DNA of 64,000 nucleotides from positions 15,686,001 to 15,750,000 of the forward strand of contig JBHGNT010000014.1 of NCBI GenBank assembly GCA_043228905.1. Reading direction: 5' to 3'. Numbering within the stretch: the first letter of the stretch is position 1; the number at the start of each line of letters is the position of its first letter. The notes under the pieces are model-generated. The model was not told where the DNA came from. It did no database searches and worked only from the letters and a program-made list of their open reading frames with translations. Source of the DNA: Azolla caroliniana. Taxonomy: Eukaryota; Plantae; Polypodiophyta. The translations under genes and the position numbers were made by a program. Shown here one piece after another: positions 52,566-64,000 of this stretch.

Positions 52566-52868
52566 TTTAACATTAATCCAACATATTTATGGCTTGTTAA
52601 TGATTAGATTTATATTATACTTGATTTAACTTCATATAGATGTAGTTTAAATAATAATTGATATTTTAAATACAATTACTTTATTAAAAATAAAATTTTT
52701 AAGTATTGTATTAATATAATATTACATAATATAGACATTCTATTGATTTGGCTTTTGTTTAGAGAGAAGTTTATGTTTAGATAGGAGTATATGTTTAGAG
52801 AGGAGCTTATTAGTTTTTTTCCTTACCCTAAGCACATAACTTATAGAGCCCTATCTAGACCTTAAGCC

Positions 52869-55402
52869 ATGAGTGAAGATTCACCATTCTCGATTTAAGA
52901 ATATTGTTTGTCATCAGACTCATCGTTTTCTACTGAAGAGTATTGTTTGTCGACAGAGTCACCATATTCGATTGAAGAATATTGTCTGTCGACAGACTCA
53001 CCATATTCTATCGAAGAATATTGTCTGAGCTCATCTACAGGGAATGTAAATAATGACACATGTGAAGAGTTCTCTATTGAAGAATACGATATTAATAAAG
53101 ATACGGAGAATGAAGGTAGTGCCCAGGAAACATTGAATAACATTGGCGATGGTCACAACAGAGAATTAGATTGTAACAAGGTTACACCAACCTCTATGCA
53201 GGAAGAGAAATCTGGGAGCCCTATGCATATTAGAAGAATCCCACGAAGAATTCGTCTGGCTAGATTTAGCTTGGTGACATCAAATAAACATATTGGATTT
53301 TATGTCAAAAAAATATGTTGTGCCCGTGGTTGTATGTCTATGATTGGAAAATCAAAGTTGCGAGAATTAAGGCGATACTATTTTTCGATGACCGGTGATG
53401 AGCAAGACACTTACCTCGGGTCACATATGCAACTAGTATCTGACAAATGTACGGGGATCAAAGTATCATTCGAGTATTATATCTTCCATGCGCAACAGAT
53501 ATGTAGAGTTGCATTCAAAATTGCGTTATGTGTTAGTAACATGCGGCTACATAGAGTACAACAACGTCTACTTAGCGGGGATCAGATGCTCAATTGTAAA
53601 GAGGTTCCAAGTATGAAAGGTGCAATTGGAAGACATGTTATTGGTTGGATGAAAACTTACTTTCAGTTAAATTGTGAAGTAATGCCCACTACATGTAGGA
53701 TGCACCTTTCTGATAATTATACACGTCGGGAAGTTTATGATGTCTATCGATCTGATATGTTGGGCTCACGTAATAAGTCTATCACCTATAGACAATTCAC
53801 AAGATTATGGAGAGCTCGGTTTTCAAATGTTATTATTCCTCGTAAAGTACGTATGGGGTATTGCTCCATTTGTGCAAATCTTAAAAGTTTGGCTAAAGGT
53901 GCAAAGACATCAATGGAAAAGGATACGAGTAAGAAGTTACTACAAGAGCATCGTGAGGCACAATCCTTAGAACGAAAGAAGGCGATGCATCATAGAGAGA
54001 AGTGTTTGAAGAGGCCCGAACAATACATGTGCTTAATGATAGATGGCATGGACCAGAAGAAGACATGCTTGCCGCATATGCGGAGGCTCCCCAAAGATGT
54101 CAATGATGAGTGCCTTGTTCAAATGCACTTGGTGGGATGCTTGGCTTATAATAGGTCTGTTCGACCACACGTCTTCATTACTTACCCCAATGTTCACAAT
54201 GACCCTAACCTAATAGTTACAGTGATTCACCGAGTTTTGATGTCTTGGGGCCAACCTTTCCCCCCTGTTCTATACATTCAATTGGACAATACTGCTAGAG
54301 AGAACAAAAATTCGACTGTATTTGGCTATCTAAGTATGTTGGTCAACCAAGAATTGTTTAGGAAAGTGAAAGTCAATTTCCTTTTGGTTGGCCACACACA
54401 TGACCATATAGATCAGATGTTTAGCACATTCTCCAGACAGTTGATGTCATTTGTGATGCATATACACCACGCCCAAAAGTGTTACAGTTGAAGGAGGTAT
54501 ATGACTTTAAGAGATATATATTAGATGGGGGTGGTGGGAATGTTAAAGTGCTTGCTCAGTTAAACAATATAAGTTTCAATCACATTTTTATGATAAAGAA
54601 AAATGGAATAAGTGGTTCTACACCTTTGTATGCTAAACAATATTCATCTTCTACAAGATGGGAACCTGAAGGTGGTTGCCAGTTATTACTTTGTATGCCG
54701 AGTACAATTGTCCATGGAGCTAAGCAAATGCCAATTGAGAAGAAAGGACAGTTGCAGAGTGACTTGGTATCAGAACAAAAACGATCATGGCTCCAAGCCT
54801 TAGAAGAAAAAAGAAAGCATATTGAGGCCGCCAAGAAATATGCCGCACAACAAGACATGTCATGGTGGGATGTATTTTATATTGATCAGAAAGAAATTAT
54901 AGACAATTGTGTATCTGTTGATAATTGGAATTTGGAAACGCCATTCACATGGTCGCTGCAACATGATCGCGTAAATAGAACTCCGGAGCAACTAGTAAAT
55001 GCGATTAATGACAACTTAGTCCATCCACAACAAAGAGACATTTATGTGGGACCAAGGATGACCAAAGCAGTCAAAGCTAGATTGCAAGGCAATTTTCAAG
55101 AGCTCACCGCGGGGATGTTGATTGCAACGCCGGCTGATGAGAACTCACATGGCCACCAATTTTGGGTTGGTAAAATTCTAGAAGTGCTAATGCATGAAAT
55201 AGAAAACACGATCAAGTCCATAAATGTTCATTGGTACAACACTAGAAGTGCAAATGCTTTTACAGGTAAGTATACATTGGAGATGATTGAATGCCCAACA
55301 AGAAGGGGAGGTAGGAAGAGGAAGCGAAACATTCGTAACACCTCGACCCTTGATATCTCTGATGTGGATATCATCGTGTACGACTTCACACTTACAAAAG
55401 CC
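52869..55402 (+). pseudogene. RNase H-fold DDE/DDD transposase (Sola/CMC-like; resembles DUF7869 proteins) with an early stop, a frameshift and 3' truncation
   Basis: ATG at 52869 with an in-frame TAA at 52896. ORFs 52908-54491 and 54479 onward. Motifs CC..GC, CSICA, LMIDGMDQ, YIQLDNTARENKN and FLLVGHTHDHIDQMFS. Runs into copia sequence at ~55403. Confidence 0.8.
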
Positions 55403-58238
55403 GGAAATACCGATCACCCAACCGAGTCGATCAAAGAATCCAAACCACTTATCTCGGCACCTAGGAGATCTGGATGAGCTCGAAGGCCAACAAAGTTCTA
55501 CCAACCAGGTCTTGACTACGTCAACTACACCGATGCAGGCGAACCAAACACTTATGAAGAAGGCATGGCCGCAATGGATGCCGACACATGGCTGCAAGCC
55601 ATGAGATCCGAAATGGACTCGATTCTCAAGAATCAGACATGGGAGCTGGTTGAATTACTAGTTGGAAGGAATCTGCTACCTTGAAAATGGGTTTTTCGAT
55701 ACAAATATGTATCCAACTCAGAAAAACCCAAGTACAAAGCTCGTCTCATCGCGAAGGGATACAAACAAGAATACGGGGTCGACTACAATGAAATATTCTC
55801 ACCAGTAGTGAAGATGACCACCCTCTGACTCTTACTAGGAGTTGTGGCAACAGAAGACCTAGAGGTAGAGTAGCTGGATGTAAAGACGACATTCCTACAT
55901 GGAGATCTGGAAGAAAACATGTACATGTCTCAACCGGCAAGCTTCACGGCGACGGGGGAGGACAGTCACCTCGTATGTCGATTAAAGAAAAGTCTATATG
56001 GCTTGAAACAAGCGTCGAGGATGTGGTACCAGAAGTTTGACTCCTACGTCAAGCAACTTGGATACCACCGATCCAACTCCGACCCATGCATGTATATTCG
56101 GCAACTAGCTGACAAGTCCAGGATCTATCTGATCCTATATGTCGTCGACATGTTGATTGTAGGAAGCAATCAAGTAGAGATCGGAAAGCTAAAGCGAAGC
56201 CTTCACGACAAGTTCGCGATGAAGGAACTCGGACAAGCCCGACACATACTAGGCATGAGGATCGAGCAAAATCAGACAACCAAGACTCTCTAACTCTCCC
56301 AGTCCGACTATATCTAGAAGGTGCTGAAGCACTTCAATATGGAGAATGGGAAGCCAACACCAACACCGCTTCCGACGTCGATCCAACTATCGGACAGAGA
56401 CTCTCCTTCAACGGACAAGGAGAGAGAGCTTAATGGAAAGATGCCCTACGCATCGTCAGTAGGAAGTATCATGTACGCAATGGTGGCAACCCGACCTGAC
56501 CTAACATATGCCATAGGGGTGGTCAACCGGTACATGTCAAACCCAGGACAAAAGCATTAGGAGGCCGTCAAGCACATCCTTAGGTACCTGAAAGGAACCA
56601 TGGATGCACAACTGACTTTCAGACTGACAACCTCAGTCAAAGTCGAATGCAACACCGATTCCGACTATGCTTGGAACACGAACAGGTTACATCTTCACCT
56701 TTGGTGGCGGTGCGATATCATAAAGGTCAAAACTTCAAGAGTGCACGGCTTTGTCTACTACAGAAGCCGAGTACATGCTGCATTGGAAGCAGCGAAGGAA
56801 GTGATTTGGCTACACCGACTATCTGTTGACTTCTCAGCTACAAGCTGAATCAACCGACCAGTGTCAACCATCTATTGTGATTCAGAGAGCGCAATATAGC
56901 TCATCAACAATCCCATCTACCATGCAAAGACGAAGCATATTGAGGTGCGGTATCATCACATTGGGGAGCTCGTGACCGAGAAGAAGCTCGAAGTCTGGAA
57001 GATAGACACCGAGGTGAACATCATCGATTTCTTGATGAAGCCACTCCCAGATATATGCTTTAGAACACTAAGGACGAAGATGGGACTACGAAAAGGGATT
57101 GAGAAAAAGAAAGACGAACGAGGAGCAGAAGGTAAGACCTAATCGGACCAACTATAACGACACATATTGTACCTCTGCTGACTCGGCTACATGCCGACTG
57201 ACTTGTAACATAAACTTAGATCAATTTTGTAATCTACTAGGCTTACGGGGGAGATAAGCCCATTGCTTGTATATGCTGGAAAGAGTAGTCCTTTTACGGG
57301 GGAGTTTGTTGGCATAAAAGGTCGACTCCTTCCAACTTGTATCCGTCTTAGTGTGGACTCGTCCAAACGTTAGGGATTTGTATATAAGCAATAACCTAAC
57401 GTTGTAAAGGAACACTTGAACATATTGTATATCGAATCTCTGAGAGAGAGAGAGAGAGAACGTAAAAAAGCTTCCATTAAAGCTTGAATCTGTGTAAGTC
57501 ACCGCCTTCTACATTTTTGTTTGCTGAGCACTCGTAAACAGGTCCTCATATGTTTCTGCATACACATACGCTTCAGAGGCGAAGCGTCTAGAAGAAGGGG
57601 GAGCAATCAAGTTGGACCCAAACCGACAAAACAACCCCATCCAATGCAGATACTATTCAACAAATTCGGTCAATACGAGGCGGAGTGTCAGAAAAAGAAA
57701 AGTAAATTGGCCTTCACAAGCCGACAACTCACCAACTACACCTCAAATTCTGACTACAACAATCGTGGCGGAATGTTCATGATACGGCATAGACAGAATT
57801 CAGTGACGACATCGAAGCCCGACAAGCACCTCCAACTCAAAAAGTGTATGTTTTGTCGACTCAGGTGCATCCAATCACATGACGTCTCCTGCAGACTAGT
57901 TTCGAGAACTACGAAAGCCCGAACGACCCGGCTATGTGGAAACAGGGGATGACACAATTCACCCCATTCAGCATGTCGGTAATATCCCATTCGGTGAAGA
58001 GGGCAACCAAACCTACATCACTTAGAACGTCTTGCATGTTCCAACAATAACGAAGAATCTAGTCTCGGTTGGCCAGATTGTGGAACAAGGCATGCAAGCT
58101 CAATTCAACGATGGAGGATGCTTCATCGAAAAGGAAGGCCGAATTATCGCTTGTGGATGAAGAGGAGGCCGAATGTTCATCCTCAATTCTCATGAGATGA
58201 AATCAGTAATGTTCGCCGACGCCGACATAGAGCTATGG

Positions 58239-58712
58239 TGCCACGGACACACCAACCATGGACTACGAGCGAGCACGGATGATGGGCCTAAGAGCGTGGA
58301 ACTTAAGAAGCTGAGAACGACACAAGAGCATGAAGCCAAAGATACAGAACGAGACAAGATGGAATGGAATAAGAATACTAGATTGATGTGTCAATGAATG
58401 GCATTAAATCCCTTGAAAGGGACCAAGGAGGTTACAAATATTTATACAAGTTCCGAGTTTGAATATCTCTAGAATATACCAGAGAAATATGTCTAGAATA
58501 TACCCATCTAGAATATATCGTACAATATTTCTAGAATATACTAACGATTAGAATATTCTGATTCTGAAATGTACTATGCAATAGACTATAGAATACTAGA
58601 GTATCATATACAAATGCATGCTCATATCAAAATGGTTGAGCATGACATATTGTTGATATGAGGTTGTAAGTTCAATCCTCACCAACTATGTATTGTACTT
58701 TATGTCGTGACA
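58239..58712 (-). mobile_element. Solo LTR (474 bp) related to the 61156/63355 LTRs
   Basis: TG...CA termini and TSD TATGG on both sides. Shares GACACACCAACC and AATCCCTTGAAAGGGACCAAG with those LTRs. Confidence 0.92.
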
Positions 58713-61155
58713 TATGGCACAAAAGAATCAGCCACATTAATCTTCAAAAGCTCAAAGGAATGCAGTCAAAAGGAGTCGTCATTGGACTCTCAACCTTTAC
58801 CGAGAAGGAGATTACATCTGTATGCGAAGCCTGCCAGTTCGGCAAACAACATTGTCAACTATTCCCGAAAGAGAGGAACATGAGCAAAGAGATCCTGGAC
58901 GTAATACATTCACATTTATGGGGACTAGCCCAAACGGCAACATTCGGTGGTTGTCGGTACTATGTGACATTCATCGATGACTTCTCCAAGCATATCTGGA
59001 TATTATTCCCAATGCGGCAAAAGAGTGAAGTGTTCTCACACTTCCAAACATTCAAAAACAAAGTTCAAAAGGCAACCGGTCGGCATGTCCGATGCCTTTC
59101 AATCGGACGGTGGCAAAGAGTATTTCTCTGATGCCTTCACTATATACCTTCGACAAGAAGGAATTTGGCGGGAGTTCACTTGCTGACAAACACCTCAACA
59201 GAACGGAGTAGCCGAATGAAAGAACCGGGATATACTCAAGGTGGCAAGGCCAATAATGAATGAGAAACATCTGCAGAAATCATATTGGGCTGAAGCAGCA
59301 AACACTGTTGTCTATCTAATGAATCAGTGCACAACATCCGGACTCCACAATGTCACCCCCCACGAGAAGTTCTATGGAAAGAAGCCGGATATATTTCACG
59401 TCAGGATATTCGGCTCAATCGCGTTCGTACATGTTCCTGATGACAAGTGGCAAAAGCTCGATCCAAAATCGGAGAAATGTATACAGTAGAAATTTGGTTA
59501 AGTGCATGTCCACTTAAGTGTATCACTCTATTAAGAGCACCTTTTTTAGAGGTCAAAATCCAGATTAAGGAAATTGAATCCATTGTTTCATGATGAAATT
59601 ACATCAAACCAAATAGAAATTTGTTCTAAACATTTAGAAAACAACAAAATGATCAACAAAAATATGATTTGTAAGTCTTTCTCTACTTCATACCAAAATC
59701 ATGTAATGTAATTTGCCTACTTTTAGCTATACGCTTAGAAACAATGGTAGAATTTGTTTCTTGAATAATTCGACGAGCACTTGATAAAGCTGATTGTACT
59801 TGCTTTACTTTTTCGGAACTCAAATAAGTTATTGTCGTGATTGAATTGAGCATGAGTTCACAATCAACAATATGTTTCCAGAGTTCAGGAATAATCACAT
59901 CTTCTTCCTTTAAGCATCCATGCATGTCTTGAATCTCAACAAACTCAGAATCTGAATTGTTTTCATCATATGCAAGTGGTTCATTGGTGTTGGAAGCTTG
60001 TGTTATAACTTCATCAAGGAGATTTTGATTAAGTTTTTCTAATTCATTTGAATCTGAATTTACACATTCCATGATCTCATCTCGAATTTCTTCTACATGT
60101 GCTTTTTCAAGAAATTTGCAATTACATAACAAAGCAACAACATCATCAATGCATTGATCTTCCATCTCACTGGCTTTTGAATCAACATCATTAACACGAA
60201 ATGATGGAATAATATCTGCCTTTCTATAGCAATTAAAAATTGTCTCTTGCTTGATCTCATTCCAAGGAGTAACAATGAGATTCATGGCATCTAGCAAATG
60301 TGCCGACTTTCCAAAAGCTAAACCAATAGACCCTCTTCTCATACGTTTAGCAACATCTTCCAAACGAATCTTAACATAATTTGGACTATCATGATATGCC
60401 AAGATTTCTCTTATCAAATGATATTTGTACCTCTTTTTCAAAGTTGCAAGGATTCCCATATCCATTGGCTGCTTCCAAGATGTGACATTTGCCGAGAAAA
60501 AAATCACTTCGATAACATCACACTCAAATGTTTCGGCATGACTAGGTGGCTTATCAAGGATTAAAAGCACTTTGCGATTAGTTTGAGAATGAACAAAAGG
60601 TACAAACACTTGATCAAACCAGTTATTAAAGCAAGGGATATCAATCCAAGCATTTCTTTGCACTACATAAGGTAATGGGCATGAATTTCCAACAATACAA
60701 GCAGGTTCCTTAGCCTTTCCAATCATAGTAATTGGAACTTTTTCCGTTCCAATTGCATTACAACAAACAACTAAGGTAACTCTATCTAAAAAAAAATTCT
60801 TACCTCGAATTGTTGTAGGATCATCACTAGGCAAAAGCATTGTGTATCTTGGAGCTAATCGAAAAAACAAACCAGTTTTATCCATATTGTAAACATTGTT
60901 AGGATCATACTCATTGACTATAGCATAAAGCCTTTCCAAAGAAGCCAACAATTCAGGGTTATTTCTATCAACTACCCCTCCTTAACCATATAATTTAGCA
61001 GTACTCAAACATTGACGATAATGAAATTTCCTAAAGCAACCCCAAGTTGCTTTGAACTCATCATCAGAAATATTCATTTCTGATGCCAATGGTCGAGCCT
61101 TCTCCATAATAACGGATGGAGGCAATGCAATTGATAGTCGACGAGATGCATCAAT

Positions 61156-63864
61156 TGTCACAGACACACCAACCCTAGACTACGACGGAGCATGAATGAC
61201 GAGGCTACGACCGATAAGGTTACGAACGTGGAACTGAACATGATGAGGCTAGAAACTTAGGAAGTTGGGAGCAACGAAATGAGGAACTTAAGATGCTAGG
61301 AACAATACAAGGGCATAAAGACAAAGATGAAAATCAAGGAGAGAAGATGAGGCTAAACAAGAATACTAGATTGACGTGTCAGTGACTGGTGTTGAATCCC
61401 TTGAAAGGGACCAAGAAGGTTACAAGTATTTATACTCTAAGTTGAAGTACATGCATTAGAATATTTTGAAGAATATTCTAGAACCTTCTAGAACCTTTGA
61501 ACTTTCTAGAACTTTGTAGATGTCTAGAGAGTATACCTAGATCATGTACATCTTATACAATGATATGTAGATCAAATATATCTTATACAATGGTCATATG
61601 AAGATGGTTGAGCATGGTGTATTGTTCATGTGAGATTGTAAGTTCAATCGTCACCAACTATATATTTCATGTCATTGTATTGTGACATTATCCTCCCCTT
61701 TACAGCCGCCTTTTCGAAAGTGTAGTGTAGGTAGGGGTGAGTGGAGAGTGGAACACCAATCGGCATGAGTGACCATGTGCAATTCTCACCGGAGATTGGA
61801 ACACCAACGGACGTGAGTGACCATGTGTGGTTCTCACCAGAGACTAGAACACCAACGGGCGTGAGCGACCATGTGCGGTCCTCATCGGAGACACGAACAC
61901 CAACGGATGTGAGCGACCATGTATGGTCCTCACCGGGAACGCGAACACCAACATGCATGAGAGACCATGTACGATCCTCATCGGGAATGGGTGTGAGCGA
62001 CCATGTGTAGTCCTCACCGGAGACACGAACACCAAGGGGCGTGAGTGACCATGAGCGGTCCTCACTAGAGACACGAACACCAACGGGCATGAGCGACCAT
62101 GTGCAGTCCTCACCGAGAACTGGGACACCAACGGATGTGAGCGACCATGTACGTTCCTCAAGGGGAACTGGAACACCAATGGGTGTGAGCGACCATGTGC
62201 AATCCTCACAGGGAACTAGAACACCAACGGGCATTGGAACACCAACGAGCATGAGAGACCATGTACGGTCCTTACTGGGAACACGAACACCAACGGGCGT
62301 GAGAGACCATGTGTGGTCCTCACCGAAGACACGAACACCAACGGGCGTGAGCGACTATGTGCGGTCCTCACTAGAGACACGAACACCAACAAGTGTGAGA
62401 GACCATGTGTGGTCCTCACCGAAGACACAAACACCAACGGACTTGAACCACCATGTGCGGTCCTCACCGGGAACTGGAACACCAACGGGCGTGAGCGACC
62501 ATGTGTGGTTCTCACCGGGTACTCGAACACCAACGGGCATGAGTGACCCTGTACAGTCCTCATCGAAGACACGAACACCAACGGACATGAGCGACCATGT
62601 GCGGTCCTCACCAGATACACGAACACCAATGGGCGTGAGTGACCCTGTACGATCCTCACCGAGAATCGGGACACCAATGGGCGTGGGCAACCATGTGCGG
62701 TCGTCACCAAGAATTCAAACATTTGACATCGATGAAGGCTAGGGAAAGTAGTGTTGATGACGACACCAAGAGGTGTTGAAGATGATGATGTCGAAGACGA
62801 AGCAATGAAGACAATGATGTTGAGGAAGCGTCTTTGGAAGTAATGATTGTGACTATGGCAATGATGGAAATAGAGACGTAGATGAAGAGGAGAAGAAACA
62901 CAAAATTCGAGACGTTGAGGATGAAAAGAAACACAAAAATAGAGATATAGAGGATGATAGAAAACACAATGACAGGGACGAAGATCATAAGAAACACATA
63001 GATAGGGATGATGATGATAAGAAACACATAGATAGAGATGAAACTGGTAGGAAACACAAGGAGAAGGATGACAATGAAAAAAAAACGCAGAGATAGGGAT
63101 GATGATGATAAGTAATACGGAGATAGATATGTGAAGGATGAGAAGAAACTAAAAAACAGAGATGATGATGAGGAGAAACTAAAAGACAGAGACAACGATG
63201 AGAAGGAACTAGGAGATAGAGATGACGAGGAAAATAGGAAATGAAGGGATGTTGATGACAGTAACTCTGGAAGCAAGGACGGCGACGATGGTAACTCTAG
63301 AAGCAAGGGCGATGACGAAGATGAGCGATGCTTCTAGTTGGAAGGTATTCAAACTGTTACGGACACACCAACCCTAGACTACGAGGGAGCACGAATGACG
63401 AGGCTACGACTGATAAGGTTACGAACGTGGAATTGAACATGATGAGGCTAGAAACTCGGGAAGTTGGGAGCAACGAAATGAGGAACTTAAGACACTAGGA
63501 ACAATACAAGAGCATAAAGACAAATATGTAAATCAAGGAGAGAAGATGAGGCTAAACAAGAATACTAGATTGACGTGTCAGTGACTGGTGTTGAATCCCT
63601 TGAAAGGGACCAAGAAGGTTACAAGTATTTATACTCTAAGTTGAAATACATGCATTAGAATATTTTGAAGAATATTCTAGAACCTTGGAACTTTGTAGAT
63701 GTCTGGAGAGTATACCTAGATCATGTACATCTTATACAATGATATGTAGATCAAATTTATCTTATATAACGCTTATATGAAGATGGTTGAGCATGGTGTA
63801 TTGTTTGTGTGAGGTTATAAGTTCAATCCTCATCAACTATATATTTTGTCATTGTATTATGACA
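61156..63864 (-). mobile_element. Non-autonomous LTR element (TRIM/LARD-like) with self-priming PBS
   Basis: LTRs 61156-61687 and 63355-63864. TSD TCAAT on both sides. Minus-strand PPT AAGGGGAGGATAA next to 61687. No pol. Confidence 0.93.
61750..62715. repeat. 51-bp minisatellite, ~19 diverged copies
   Basis: Unit approximately GACACGAACACCAACGGGCGTGAGCGACCATGTGCGGTCCTCACCGGA. Confidence 0.95.
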
Positions 63865-64000
63865 TCAATCCAAGCATACAAGCGTTCCTCTAATTCAGGA
63901 TATTTTCCTTTTGATCCTCTTTAAAGTTTTTTTTCTTGTAGTGTGATCTTTTGTTGAACATGCAATCATATCTCATCATTCTTCTTGATCAAACTTCTAA

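Larger units (their letters stand above)
46757..55402. mobile_element. DNA-transposon-like cassette (transposase plus ParB-methyltransferase) embedded in copia B, right end truncated
   Basis: Non-copia sequence between the copia INT-RT linker halves. Contains two divergent genes. No TIR pair or TSD seen. Confidence 0.7.
42385..57575 (+). mobile_element. Ty1/copia element B with both LTRs, rearranged and carrying two large insertions
   Basis: LTRs 42385-42662 and 57307-57575. TSD GAGGT/GAGGC. Degenerate tRNA-iMet PBS TGGTATTAGATC at 42665. PPT near 57296. Gag KFNGKKFALWK at 42761. RT/RH at 55560-57140 (LKKSLYGLKQA, YVVDML, KHIEVRYH). Confidence 0.95.
42060..59483 (+). mobile_element. Older Ty1/copia element A, hosting nested insertions: gag at 42060-42384 and 57576-58238, integrase at 58713-59483
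   Basis: LQSMLLVEEN, DSGASNHM, WHKRISH, CEACQFGKQ, YYVTFIDDFS, PQQNGVA, WAEAANT and KLDPKSEKC. Confidence 0.85.
59484..64000 (-). mobile_element. Tc1/mariner pogo/Tigger-like DNA transposon (CENP-B HTH plus DDE_1), interrupted and running off the window
   Basis: TA|CAGTAG terminus at 59484. ORF 59683-60951 has YNMDKTGLF, LLILD...H and QPMDMG. HTH remnants at 60982-61155 and after 63870. Confidence 0.88.

Noticed and set aside
61644-63306. Repeat-protein ORFs (TRTPTGVSDHV..., poly-Ser)
   Set aside because: Open in several frames on both strands because of the 51-bp and low-complexity repeats. No domain evidence.

Overview
AT-rich land-plant nuclear DNA. A non-seed plant such as a fern or lycophyte is inferred from the retroelement lineages present. 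The first 14.3 kb holds two divergent intron-containing host genes: the 5' part of a CCA1/LHY/RVE1-type SHAQKF-MYB clock gene on the minus strand, and a complete but compact POLD3 gene on the plus strand. The remainder is a nest of transposons: LINEs, a hAT MITE, solo LTRs, self-priming Tf1/Tcn1-type gypsy elements, a tRNA-Trp-primed gypsy, two nested copia elements and a pogo-like DNA transposon. The most unusual object is an ~8.6 kb cassette (46757-55402) inside a copia element. It carries a six-exon gene for a ParB-like domain fused to a prokaryote-type beta-class DNA amino-methyltransferase, transcribed divergently from a DDE/DDD-type transposase. Intron 1 of the methyltransferase gene holds eight regularly spaced palindromes. 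A type I hammerhead ribozyme lies in a separate insertion in the same copia. All calls come from manual reading and motif recognition; no database searches were run.
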